From an uncultured Phycisphaerales bacterium (lineage in GTDB: Bacteria; Planctomycetota; Phycisphaerae; Tepidisphaerales; Tepidisphaeraceae), in the NCBI GenBank assembly GCA_963758525.1, contig CAVWVQ010000002.1, positions 320,001 through 384,000 on the forward strand: a stretch of DNA of 64,000 nucleotides, in the 5' to 3' direction. Below, piece after piece: positions 23,503 through 32,538 of this stretch. The notes under the pieces are model-generated. The model did not search any database. It worked only from the letters and a program-made list of their open reading frames with translations, and was not told the DNA's origin. The position numbers were made by a program, and so were the translations under genes. Every line of letters begins with the position of its first letter. The stretch's first letter is position 1.

Positions 23503-23841
23503 CTACACGCCGCGCTGGTCGAGCGTCACCACCAGATGACTGGTGCGCTTCTTGATCTCGTACGCCTTGCCGCGATCCTTCGGCTGAAAACGCTTGATAA
23601 CCGGACCCGGATCGACCCACGCCTTGGCAACGAACAGCGTGTTCCGCGGCGGAGTGTCTGTCTCGTTGGCATTGGCGACCGCGCTGCGGACGACCTTTTC
23701 GATCATCCCGCTGGCCCGCTGCTTGGCAAACCGCAGCAGCGTGATGGCATCATCCACGTCGCGTCCGCGGATGAGATTCATCAGCAGCCGCGCTTTCCGC
23801 GGGGAGATGCGTGCATAGCGATGTTTGGCTTCGTAAGGCAT
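23503..23841 (-). CDS. rplV: 50S ribosomal protein L22
   Basis: RISPRKARL, KRTSHLVV. Confidence 0.97.
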   Translation of the reverse strand: MPYEAKHRYARISPRKARLLMNLIRGRDVDDAITLLRFAKQRASGMIEKVVRSAVANANETDTPPRNTLFVAKAWVDPGPVIKRFQPKDRGKAYEIKKRTSHLVVTLDQRGV

Positions 23842-23846
23842 CTTTT

Positions 23847-24009
23847 TAGGGTTCAGGGTGTCAGGGTTCAGGGTTCAGTGCGGACAGATGCCGCCGTCAC
23901 CAAATTCTGTAGCCTTTGATTCCTCGAACTCTCCTTTACTTCGGGTCGGGATTCAGGGTTTACGGTGCAGGCTATTTCCTGAACCCTGAACCCTGACACC
24001 CTGAACCCT
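23847..24009. repeat. Inverted pair of 7-mer tandem arrays (TCAGGGT / ACCCTGA) between rpsS and rplV
   Basis: Arm 23847-23878 (gggttcagggtgtcagggttcagggttcag) complementary to arm 23978-24009. Confidence 0.85.
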
Positions 24010-24010
24010 C

Positions 24011-24301
24011 TTATGCTGGCGCCGCTCCCGGCGTGGTCGGTTTTCGTCCGCTGTGTCCTTTGAACGTGCGTGTCGGCGAAAACTCGCCGAGCTTGTGACC
24101 GACCATGTCTTCCTGCACGAAGACTTTCAAAAACTTGTTGCCGTTGTGGACCTCGAACGTGTGTCCCACGAACTCCGGGATGATGGTGCAGGCCCGGGCC
24201 CAGGTGCGGATCGGCTGCTTGGCGCGGTTTTCGTTGAGCTTCGAAACCTTGCGGAACAGCTTCTCGTTGACGAACGGACCTTTTTTGGCGCTTCTGCTCA
24301 T
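24011..24301 (-). CDS. rpsS: 30S ribosomal protein S19
   Basis: [24 protein letters not shown]. Confidence 0.98.
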   Translation of the reverse strand: MSRSAKKGPFVNEKLFRKVSKLNENRAKQPIRTWARACTIIPEFVGHTFEVHNGNKFLKVFVQEDMVGHKLGEFSPTRTFKGHSGRKPTTPGAAPA

Positions 24302-24304
24302 GGG

Positions 24305-25171
24305 TTATACGCTCACCGTTTGCGGACGCTGCTGATGTTTGCCGAACTTGCGGCGACGGAGAATCAACTTCTCGCTGTTCTTTCGCTTGCTGCGGGTGAT
24401 GCCGCCCTTGGAAGGCACACCCGTCTTGGAAACCGGATGGCGTCCGCCGTTGCTGCGGCCTTCCCCGCCGCCCAGCGGATGGTCGATCGGGTTCATGGCC
24501 TTGGCGCGGGTATGGGGGCGAATGCCCATGTGTCGCGAACGACCGGCCTTGCCGAGGCTGACGTTAATCCAGTCGAGATTGCCGAGTTGGCCGATCGTCG
24601 CGCGGCAGGCGCTGCGAACGCGGCGCATTTCACCGGACGGAAGAATGATCACCGCCCACTCCCCTTCGCGCGATCCCAGCCGGCCCACGCCGCCCGCCGA
24701 GCGGACAAGCTTGCCGCCCTGCCCGGGGTTCATCTCAATGTTGTGGATTTCCAGGCCGGTTGGAATGTTGGCGAGCGGCATCGCGTTGCCAAGCTCCGGC
24801 GGGGAGTTGGGGCCGCTGATGACCGACGCGCCCACTTTCAAACCATTGGGCAGGAGGATGTAGTTCTTCTCCCCGTCTTCATATTGAATCAAGGCGATGA
24901 AAACAGAGCGGTTGGGATCATATTCGACTGCGAGCACCTTGGCCGGCATGTCGTCTTTGCGGCGCTTGAAGTCGATGATGCGATAAAGCTTCTTATTTCC
25001 GCCGCCTCGATGCTTCACGGTGATCACGCCGTGGTGATTGCGCCCGTTGGCACGGATGCGTCCGACCGTGAGCGAGCGCTCCGGCTCAGATTTGGTGAGA
25101 ATCGCGCGGTAGTCAATCACGCTCCCAGCGCGTCGTCCCGCGGAAGTCGGGTTATAAAATTTGATGGGCAT
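24305..25171 (-). CDS. rplB: 50S ribosomal protein L2
   Basis: YRIIDFKR, EYDPNRS, MNPIDHPLGGGEG. Confidence 0.98.
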   Translation of the reverse strand: MPIKFYNPTSAGRRAGSVIDYRAILTKSEPERSLTVGRIRANGRNHHGVITVKHRGGGNKKLYRIIDFKRRKDDMPAKVLAVEYDPNRSVFIALIQYEDGEKNYILLPNGLKVGASVISGPNSPPELGNAMPLANIPTGLEIHNIEMNPGQGGKLVRSAGGVGRLGSREGEWAVIILPSGEMRRVRSACRATIGQLGNLDWINVSLGKAGRSRHMGIRPHTRAKAMNPIDHPLGGGEGRSNGGRHPVSKTGVPSKGGITRSKRKNSEKLILRRRKFGKHQQRPQTVSV

Positions 25172-25276
25172 AACGAAACTCGCTCGCGTTCAACATCGTG
25201 CAATATCGCTAATGCAGTTCATCACCGTTTAGCGGGTGCCCCAGAGGGCACCGTTCTTCATTTCGGCGCACATTCC

Positions 25277-25555
25277 TCAGAACAATTCAATCCGCGAATC
25301 CTCCGCCAGCACGACTACCGCGCGCTTCCAGTTGCTCGTCGTATCCATCTTGAACTTCGAGCGGCGCGGCTTGCCCTTGCGGTTCATCGTCCGCACTTCA
25401 ACCACCTTCACTTCATACAGCTTCTCGACCGCAAGACGAATCTGCGGCTTGGTCGCTGTCCGGCTGACCTTGAACGCATACGCGTTCCGCGTTGCCTGCT
25501 GATGCGTGCTCTTCTCCGTGATCAGCGGCTTGATGATGACGTCTGTCTTATCCAT
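25277..25555 (-). CDS. rplW: 50S ribosomal protein L23
   Basis: IIKPLITEKS, WKRAVV. Confidence 0.96.
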   Translation of the reverse strand: MDKTDVIIKPLITEKSTHQQATRNAYAFKVSRTATKPQIRLAVEKLYEVKVVEVRTMNRKGKPRRSKFKMDTTSNWKRAVVVLAEDSRIELF

Positions 25556-25560
25556 AGCTC

Positions 25561-25649
25561 TTCAGGCGAAGGTTCGGGGTCAAGGATTCAGAAAAGAGTG
25601 CGGTCGTTTCCTCAAATTTCCTGAACCCTGGACCCCGAACCTTGAACCT
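25561..25649. repeat. Degenerate inverted 7-mer arrays between rplD and rplW
   Basis: ggttcggggtcaaggattcag versus ctgaaccctggaccccgaaccttgaacc. Confidence 0.7.
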
Positions 25650-25652
25650 TCC

Positions 25653-26267
25653 TCATGCCAAAATCTTTTCCAGGCCCTGGCGAGTCATCAGCAGGGTCCG
25701 ATTCTGAAGAATGTCCCACGCGTTGAGCTGATCCACGGTGGTCAGCGTCGTGCGGGCAAGGTTGCGGGCCGATCGCTCGAGTTGCTCATCGCGACCCGGC
25801 AATGCCAGCAGGCAACTGCGATCAATGCTCAGTGCCTTGAAGATCTCCGCAACAAATTTTGTTTTGGGCTGGTCCAGCGTGATCTGATCGACCACACGAA
25901 TATCGCTGCTCTGAATCTTGGCGAGAATCGCGCTGTTTCGGGCCAGGCGGCGGGCCTTCTTCGGCATGGCCTGACGCCAGTCCTTGGGTCGCTTCTGCTT
26001 GGCGTGACCACCGCCGACCTTGATCGGATTGCGGATGCCGCCGGTGCGGGCGTTGCCAGTTCCCTTTTGGCGGAACATCTTGCGGGTCGAGCCGGCGACT
26101 TCGCCGCGCGCCTGCGTGCGAACGGTGCCCTGCCGCTGATTGGCGTGATACATCACCAGCGCCTGCTTGAGCAGATGGTCGCGGACGGTGCCGCCCAGCT
26201 TGGCCTCGTCGAGCGCAAAGGTCTCGATCTTGTCGCCCTTCTGATTATAGATTGGAACTTCGATCAT
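25653..26267 (-). CDS. rplD: 50S ribosomal protein L4
   Basis: RQGT, RQKGTGNAR, RSARNL. Confidence 0.97.
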   Translation of the reverse strand: MIEVPIYNQKGDKIETFALDEAKLGGTVRDHLLKQALVMYHANQRQGTVRTQARGEVAGSTRKMFRQKGTGNARTGGIRNPIKVGGGHAKQKRPKDWRQAMPKKARRLARNSAILAKIQSSDIRVVDQITLDQPKTKFVAEIFKALSIDRSCLLALPGRDEQLERSARNLARTTLTTVDQLNAWDILQNRTLLMTRQGLEKILA

Positions 26268-26297
26268 GAGTGGGTCCCTCGGAAGGGCAGTGGCGAA

Positions 26298-26964
26298 TTA
26301 CTTGGGTTGTTCCTTGGGAATGCGCTTCGTGTAGCTCTGACGAATAAAAAGGAGCGTGCCGTTTGGTCCGGGCAGCTCCTTTGATCAGCAGCAGGTTGTT
26401 GTCGGAGTCGATCTTGACGAGGGGATGATGAAGACAGGTGACCTGGTCCATGCCCATGTGCCCCGCCATGCGCACGCCCTTCTTGGGCTTGCCGCATTGA
26501 CCTCGCCACGTGGCGCGCGATGCGATCGATCCGGGAGATCGGTGCTTGCGCTCCGTGCCGTGCGAGGCGGGCTGACCACCGAAGTGATGCCGCTTCATGA
26601 CGCCGGCCGTCCCCTTGCCTTTGCTCGTCCCGATCACATCAACCCATTTCACTTCGCTGAAGGACTTCACGTCGACCGTGGCGCCGGCAGCGAGCGTGGT
26701 CGCCTCTTTCAGGCGAATCTCGCGGAAATGCCGCCGGGGGGTCGTGCCACTCTTGGCACAATGACCGATCAGCGGGAACGTGCTGTACTTGGCCTTCACT
26801 TCTCCAAAGCCGATCTGCACGGCGTTGTATCCGTCGCTCTCAACGGTCTTGACCTGCGTGACGGCGCATGGCCCCGCCTGCACGACGGTCACGGGAATAA
26901 CGCTTCCCTTCTCGTCATAGATGCGGGTCATGCCCACTTTGGTGCCCAGCAATGCAGGAGTCAT
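26298..26964 (-). CDS. rplC: 50S ribosomal protein L3; frameshift near 26372
   Basis: LGTKVGMT, GYNAVQIG, SKGKGTAGVMKRH, MAGHMG; the C-terminal PGPNGTLLFIR lies in another frame and ends at TAA 26298. Confidence 0.95.
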
Positions 26965-27020
26965 ATCCAATCCGTTTCTCGCCTGCTCGCTTAAAAAAAG
27001 CGAACGACAACAACTCACCT

Positions 27021-27098
27021 GGACACGCGGCCCTTTGCAGGGAACGGGTTCTTGGCTGAACCCCGCGGTCCAAAAGAAAGGCCCCTTACGGCAGGGGC
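27021..27098 (-). promoter_or_regulatory. Candidate structured RNA between rpsJ and rplC: terminator-like hairpin followed by a three-way junction
   Basis: Minus strand: GCCCCT-gccgta-AGGGGC-CTTTCTTTT, then a GGACCGCGG/CCGCGtGTCC stem enclosing GGTTC-agccaa-GAACC and CCCT-GCAA-AGGG hairpins. Confidence 0.5.
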
Positions 27099-27114
27099 AA
27101 ATGAGAGCAGAAAT

Positions 27115-27420
27115 TTATGCCTTGATCTTCACGAAAACGCCAGCCGGCACAACCAGGCGATTCAAAGCTTCCACCGTGCGCGCGGTCGGCTCGAAGATAT
27201 CGATCACGCGCTTGTGCGTGCGCATCTCGAACTGCTCGCGCGATTTCTTGTCAATGTGAGGGCTCCGCAGAACCGTGTAACGCTCGATCCGGGTCGGCAT
27301 CGGAATCGGCCCGCAAACCCGCGCATTGGTCCGCTTGGCGTGATCGACGATTTCCTTCGCCGACGCGTCAAGCGAGCGGTGGTCGTAGGCTTCCATTCGA
27401 ATGCGAATCCGGCCGTCCAT
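27115..27420 (-). CDS. rpsJ: 30S ribosomal protein S10
   Basis: [31 protein letters not shown]. Confidence 0.98.
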   Translation of the reverse strand: MDGRIRIRMEAYDHRSLDASAKEIVDHAKRTNARVCGPIPMPTRIERYTVLRSPHIDKKSREQFEMRTHKRVIDIFEPTARTVEALNRLVVPAGVFVKIKA

Positions 27421-27492
27421 CGTTTCCTGTTCCTCTCGACAACCCTCGTTCCCGCGGAAGCAACCGTGCTCCAGAACAAAACGGGAGGGTCA

Positions 27493-27520
27493 ACATTAGT
27501 CAAAATGAGATAAGTGTCAA
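27493..27520 (-). promoter_or_regulatory. Putative sigma70-type promoter of the S10 operon
   Basis: Minus strand TTGACA (27520-27515), 16-nt spacer, TAATGT (27498-27493), upstream of rpsJ. Confidence 0.5.
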
Positions 27521-27594
27521 GCTCCGCGGTACGCAAATTTTCACCGATCAGCCGGCGGCGACAGGTTTTGCTGCACGTTTCCAACCGGAGCGCC

Positions 27595-28098
27595 TCACTT
27601 ATTACCAATGTTAAGCGCGTAGAAACCATCAAAGATACCTTTGCCGTCCATCTTCAACGTCCCCAGGTGACGGAGAACAACAGCGTCATCGATATCGTTT
27701 GTTTCGTATTCCTCAGTCCCGCCCGCATCGGTTGATGAAAGCGTCACGTGAAGATGGAAGAGCCCCTCGGCATCGTAGTTCATCTGAATCGCTGCGATAT
27801 TCGTCCCCTGCAAGATCCGCCAGACCATTAATAAAATCTCAGGGGAAGCAGCCGAGTCGACTACTTGGAAGAACGCCCGTACTTTGTGAGGATTCTTCTC
27901 GTAAGCTACCGCCAGGGATTCCGAGGTAAGAGCAGGTGCGTTGCTCCCCAGCCGCGTCAGAGCCACCTCGTTCATGCGATGAAGCACCGTCTGGATATGA
28001 CCGATCGCGCGTGCGCGAGGCCTGTATCCATCTATCAGCCATCCCTGGCCGGCCTCGCGGATCAACTTCTCGAGGGGATCTACGACCGTTGTGGTCAT
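27595..28098 (-). CDS. Hypothetical protein (167 aa), third gene of the ART cassette
   Basis: Globular-looking ORF whose start overlaps the upstream stop (ATGA). Confidence 0.7.
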   Translation of the reverse strand: MTTTVVDPLEKLIREAGQGWLIDGYRPRARAIGHIQTVLHRMNEVALTRLGSNAPALTSESLAVAYEKNPHKVRAFFQVVDSAASPEILLMVWRILQGTNIAAIQMNYDAEGLFHLHVTLSSTDAGGTEEYETNDIDDAVVLRHLGTLKMDGKGIFDGFYALNIGNK

Positions 28099-28484
28099 GC
28101 AGCCTCGCTGGCAACCGCGCCGGCAAAAATCTCTTGCGAAAGGCTTCGCCGAAGGCTGTTTACGAAAGACTCAATCTGAGGCGGCGGAGTCGCGTCAATG
28201 GCGACCGTCAGCTCGCCTTCGGAACGAAGGAGATGAATGAGCGTTCCATCCAGCGATGGGTCGGCGCCCAATTCCCCCCAAAGTTTAGCGGAGACGGGGT
28301 CGCGAAAGGCGAGAATTTCGCGCCGGCTTGCAAAATCGATGTCGGCGTAACGACGGAAAACTTCTCCGGTCTTCGCATCCTCTAACACCACATCGTGCCA
28401 CAAACGGGTGATAGCGCGCACCGCCAGATCCAACGCCTCCACGTCTCGCGCCACTGGGATAATAACATCACGTCCGCCGATCAT
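28095..28484 (-). CDS. Hypothetical protein (129 aa), candidate immunity/antitoxin
   Basis: Starts MIGGRDVII with ATGA overlap on the ART gene stop; small protein directly downstream of a predicted toxin. Confidence 0.65.
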   Translation of the reverse strand: MIGGRDVIIPVARDVEALDLAVRAITRLWHDVVLEDAKTGEVFRRYADIDFASRREILAFRDPVSAKLWGELGADPSLDGTLIHLLRSEGELTVAIDATPPPQIESFVNSLRRSLSQEIFAGAVASEAA

Positions 28485-28795
28485 GGCAGGTTCTCCAAAC
28501 TCCCGTGATACCGTTGTCGCGATCTGGTCACCGTGTAATCGACCGGACTCCAAAAGACATATGCGCCCTTTGCGCCACTAATCGGCAGCAATCCGTCCTG
28601 ACCATCGAAACTAAAGACGAATGCCTGCTTTGCCTTGGGGATCCGGGTTCGGGCCGAAAATCGGTGCGCGTTGGGTCGCAAGGTTGTGAAGTATACCCCA
28701 AATGGCCTGTCGGCGGGTGGCTGCGCTGCCTTGAACACCCAGTCCACCTGTGAACTGATCGCTTTGTATCCCGCGTCATCCGTATAGTGCAGCAT
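28481..28795 (-). CDS. Stand-alone HYD1-signature ADP-ribosyltransferase-like protein (Tox-ART-HYD1-like)
   Basis: N-terminal LHYTD..GYKAI, central GVYFT, distal Asp in SPVDY; TATAAT 14 nt upstream of the ATG. Confidence 0.65.
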   Translation of the reverse strand: MLHYTDDAGYKAISSQVDWVFKAAQPPADRPFGVYFTTLRPNAHRFSARTRIPKAKQAFVFSFDGQDGLLPISGAKGAYVFWSPVDYTVTRSRQRYHGSLENLP

Positions 28796-28857
28796 GTTTG
28801 GCGCGTCGAATTATAAGCACTCAAGCTCGGCGGCCCCGTATGGTCGGTTCGCCCGTG

Positions 28858-29907
28858 CTACCTGATTCTCACTTCCCGCCCCTGTTCCGCACTGGCGTAG
28901 ACCGCATCGAGCATCTTCTGCACCATCAGTCCGTGTTCGCCCGGCACCTCGTTGGCCCGGCCGTCCCGGCAGACTTCTACGAAGTGCTGCATCTTGTACT
29001 CGAAGTGATCCCACTTCCCGAGGGTCGGCACCGTGCAATTCATCAGGTAGCCGCCGTGGTCGGTGAAAATCTGCGACGACTCCCAGTTGGCGCCGGCCTT
29101 CTCACCCATGATGGTGATGTTCCAGATGTCCCTTTCAATGTGCGCGGCGAAGCTCGACTCAATCGTCAGCGCGGTGCCGGTGTCAAAGCGAATCATCCCC
29201 ACGGCCAGGTCTTCCACGGTGTAGGTTTTGTAGTCCCACGCCCCCCACGGCGCCAGCGCCTTCATTGGCTTGTTGCCAAGATAGGTAAACGTGCTGCCGG
29301 TGGCGCTGATCGGCTTCGGGGAGCCGATTAGATAATGGGCCGCTTCGAGGCAGTGAACGCCGATGTCGATCATCGGGCCGCCGCCCTGGAGTTTCTTCTG
29401 CCCGAAGACTCCCCAGGACGGAATTCCGCGGCGGCGCAGCGCCTGGGCGCGGACGTACAGGATTTTCCCGAAGTCTCCCGCCACGATCTGATCGCGAATC
29501 ATCTTGCTGCGGGGCTCGAAGCGATGTTGGAACCCGACAATCAGCTTTTTCTTGTTGCGCTTGGCCGCGTCGAGCATTTTCCGGCCCTCCCTGGCGTTCA
29601 TCGCCATCGGCTTCTCGACCATGACGTCCTTGCCGGCATCCAGCGCAGCAACGGTGTGCTCCAGATGCAAGCCATTGGGCGTGCAGACGCTCACCGCTTC
29701 AATGTCGGGGAGAGCTTTGAGCATTTTCTGATACGTCTCGAACGTTTGCGCCACGCCCAGATCCGTGGCCGCAAGGCGCGCAGATTCCTTGATGTCAGCG
29801 GCTCCGACGACATCGGCGCCAGCCACCTTTTTGAGGAGGTTCATCTGAAGCTGTCCGATGAACCCGGTGCCAATGAAGCCGATTTTCAGAGTTTTTGGAT
29901 CGCTCAC
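28858..29907 (-). CDS. Gfo/Idh/MocA family oxidoreductase
   Basis: IGFIGTGFIG, VEKPMA, GGGPMIDIGVH; GTG start preceded by GGAG. Confidence 0.9.
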   Translation of the reverse strand: MSDPKTLKIGFIGTGFIGQLQMNLLKKVAGADVVGAADIKESARLAATDLGVAQTFETYQKMLKALPDIEAVSVCTPNGLHLEHTVAALDAGKDVMVEKPMAMNAREGRKMLDAAKRNKKKLIVGFQHRFEPRSKMIRDQIVAGDFGKILYVRAQALRRRGIPSWGVFGQKKLQGGGPMIDIGVHCLEAAHYLIGSPKPISATGSTFTYLGNKPMKALAPWGAWDYKTYTVEDLAVGMIRFDTGTALTIESSFAAHIERDIWNITIMGEKAGANWESSQIFTDHGGYLMNCTVPTLGKWDHFEYKMQHFVEVCRDGRANEVPGEHGLMVQKMLDAVYASAEQGREVRIR

Positions 29908-30050
29908 GTCTGCTCCCGCGCGCTCCATTTCTGTAGCGGCTAACTGTATGGCTCGCACGCGGTAGTCGGGCCGACCGGCGCCCACCCCGGCCCAACGTCA
30001 GCGACGCCGACTGCATCGGAATGACTGCACCGCCAAATCCCTTACCGGCA

Positions 30051-30518
30051 TCACAGCGACGCGACCAGCGCAGCCAGGTCGTCGGTCTTGCGCGGCTCGC
30101 GCATGGCGACTTCCTGGTAGTACGCGATCTTGCCATCTTTCCCGATGATGACGGTGCCGCGTTTGCTGCAGTTGAAAGGCTCCTCGCCGGCCCACATGCC
30201 GTAGGCCTTGGCCATCTTTCGCGTCGGATCGGAGAGCAGCGGATAGGGAATGGCGTACTGCTTCGCGAATGCCGCGTGGCTGAAGGGGCTGTCGCAACTC
30301 ACGCCAAAGACGACGGTATCGGGTCCTCCCTTGATCTGCTCGACACCCGGCCCAAACGTGCAGGCCTCGGTGGTGCAGACGGGAGAGAAGTCCATCGGAT
30401 AAAACAACAGCACGACTTTTTTCCCCAGCAGCGAGGAGAGCGAGATCTTGTTCTTGTCCTGATCCATCAATTCAAACGCCGGGGCGATGTCGCCCGGTTT
30501 TAATGTCGGATTTTCCAT
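30051..30518 (-). CDS. Peroxiredoxin (AhpC/TSA family)
   Basis: FYPMDFSPVCTTE peroxidatic motif, LLSDP. Confidence 0.9.
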   Translation of the reverse strand: MENPTLKPGDIAPAFELMDQDKNKISLSSLLGKKVVLLFYPMDFSPVCTTEACTFGPGVEQIKGGPDTVVFGVSCDSPFSHAAFAKQYAIPYPLLSDPTRKMAKAYGMWAGEEPFNCSKRGTVIIGKDGKIAYYQEVAMREPRKTDDLAALVASL

Positions 30519-30591
30519 CAGTCACTCCTTGTAAGAGGCGACATGGTAAAGTCGCCGGTGGTCACAATCCACGGTTCTGCGGGAAGTTTTC

Positions 30592-31506
30592 ATGCAACGC
30601 GCGCGTCACGTATTGCTTTTTGCCAATCCGATCTCCGGCCGCGGGCGCGCAAAGGCGCTTGCCGCGCTGATCGCGCGCCGCTTGCGCCGCGATGGATACC
30701 ACGTCGACACGCACTATGAGCCGCCCGAGCAGATCACCCCGGATCGGCTGACCGAACGTGCTCGCGCCGCGGTTGTGATCGGCGGCGACGGAACACTGCG
30801 AACCGTCGCCGATCGGTTGCTCAGGGCCTCCCACCCGCCCCCGTTGATCCCGGTGCCGATGGGAACCGCGAATCTGATGGCGCGCCAGCTTCGCATGCCG
30901 CGCATCTCCGCCGCGTCGGCCGCAAGCTGGGTGAGCGGTGCGCTGCAATCCGGCGACATTGTCCGCTTTGATGTCGCCCGTGCGAATCAGAAGCTGTGTT
31001 TGCTGATGGCGGGAATCGGGTTCGACGGGGAAATCGTGCATGAACTGGCAAAATCGCGGCGCGGCCCGATCCGGTTTGCCAGTTACGTTCTTCCCGCGGC
31101 GCGGGCGTTTGCGTCATACCGGTTTCACTCCCTGCGCGTCTTTGCCGACGGAAAGAATGTCTTTCCCGGCCGGCCGGCGATCGCGTTCGTCGGCAACTCC
31201 CCCGAATATGGCACGGGATTTCCAGTGTTGCCCCAGGCCGATCCGCGCGATCGTCTGCTCGATTTGTGCGTTCTCCCCTGCCGTTCGGTTCCAGAACTGC
31301 TTCAATGGGGCCTGGCGGTATTGACCGGGACGCATCTGGCAGGCAAAGGAGTTGTTTCGCTTCGCGCAAAACACGTTCTCATCGAATCATCGCAGCCGGT
31401 GCCGGTGCAGGTTGATGGCGACGCCGCCGGTTACACGCCAGTGGCAATCGACTTGCTTCCCACACAACTCAGCTTTATGGTCCCCGTCAAACAGCCCAAC
31501 CTATGA
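30592..31506 (+). CDS. Diacylglycerol/lipid kinase family protein
   Basis: NPISGRG, GGDGTL, PMGTANL, GIGFDG, QVDGD. Confidence 0.92.
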   Translation: MQRARHVLLFANPISGRGRAKALAALIARRLRRDGYHVDTHYEPPEQITPDRLTERARAAVVIGGDGTLRTVADRLLRASHPPPLIPVPMGTANLMARQLRMPRISAASAASWVSGALQSGDIVRFDVARANQKLCLLMAGIGFDGEIVHELAKSRRGPIRFASYVLPAARAFASYRFHSLRVFADGKNVFPGRPAIAFVGNSPEYGTGFPVLPQADPRDRLLDLCVLPCRSVPELLQWGLAVLTGTHLAGKGVVSLRAKHVLIESSQPVPVQVDGDAAGYTPVAIDLLPTQLSFMVPVKQPNL

Positions 31507-32357
31507 GCGTACTCAATCAGCAACTGCGCGACGCCAGGCTCTTTCTGATCGCCGGCCCGTGTGTCATCGAGTCGGCAGATCTGTGCCTTTCCATCGCGGC
31601 ACATGTCAAAGCCATCTGCGAACGCCTTGGCATTGTTTACGTCTTCAAGGCAAGCTTTGACAAAGCCAATCGCACGAGCAACGCCAGCTTTCGCGGACCG
31701 GGGATGGAGGAAGGGCTCGCGGTGCTCCATCGCGTGCAGCGCGACATTGGCGTGCCTGTTCTGACCGATGTGCACGAAACAGAACAAGCCGCTGCCGCCG
31801 GCGAGGTCGTCGACATCCTGCAGGTTCCTGCTTTCCTTGCGCGGCAGACCGATCTGCTGCTTGCCTGCGGCAAAACCAACCGCGTCGTGAACATTAAAAA
31901 GGGACAGTTCATGTCCCCCGCCGAAATGGGGACGGCCGCGGAAAAAGTGCGGTCTACAGGAAACGCAAGGGTCTTGCTGACGGAGCGCGGCACGTTCTTC
32001 GGGTACAACCGCCTGGTCAACGACTTCACCGGGCTGGAGGTGATGAAGAGTTTCAAATGTCCGGTCGTTTTTGACGTCACCCATTCCACGCAGCAGCCCG
32101 CCGGGCAGGGTTCGCAATCCGGGGGCAGCCCGCAATATTCCCCGATGCTCGCGCGGGCGGCGGTCGCGGCCGGGGTGAACGGACTGTTTCTGGAGTGTCA
32201 TCCCGATCCGCGGAACGCCAAAAGTGACGCCGCCACCATGATGGATCTCGCCGCGGTCGAGCCATTGCTGGAGCAAGCCAGGCAGCTCGCGGAACTGCGC
32301 CGAGCTGGGGCAGCGAGATCGACCACCCCGTGTAGCCGCCGAGCGATTCTCCCGTAG
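31503..32357 (+). CDS. kdsA: 3-deoxy-8-phosphooctulonate (KDO8P) synthase
   Basis: AGPCVIES, KASFDKANRTS, PAFLARQTDL, KKGQF, DVTHS. Confidence 0.96.
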   Translation: MSVLNQQLRDARLFLIAGPCVIESADLCLSIAAHVKAICERLGIVYVFKASFDKANRTSNASFRGPGMEEGLAVLHRVQRDIGVPVLTDVHETEQAAAAGEVVDILQVPAFLARQTDLLLACGKTNRVVNIKKGQFMSPAEMGTAAEKVRSTGNARVLLTERGTFFGYNRLVNDFTGLEVMKSFKCPVVFDVTHSTQQPAGQGSQSGGSPQYSPMLARAAVAAGVNGLFLECHPDPRNAKSDAATMMDLAAVEPLLEQARQLAELRRAGAARSTTPCSRRAILP

Positions 32358-32538
32358 CACGGCCGTATCGGCTGTGATTTCGGGCCACAGCCGAGACGGC
32401 TGTGCTACAAAAATGCGTCACTGATAGCTTCGACATTGATCAAGTTATTCGTGCGCGAGCACTAACGATCGACAGTTGCCCCGCACGAATTACCGGCCCA
32501 AGCGGTAAAGTTCACCCTCTTTCTCGACGAACACAATA

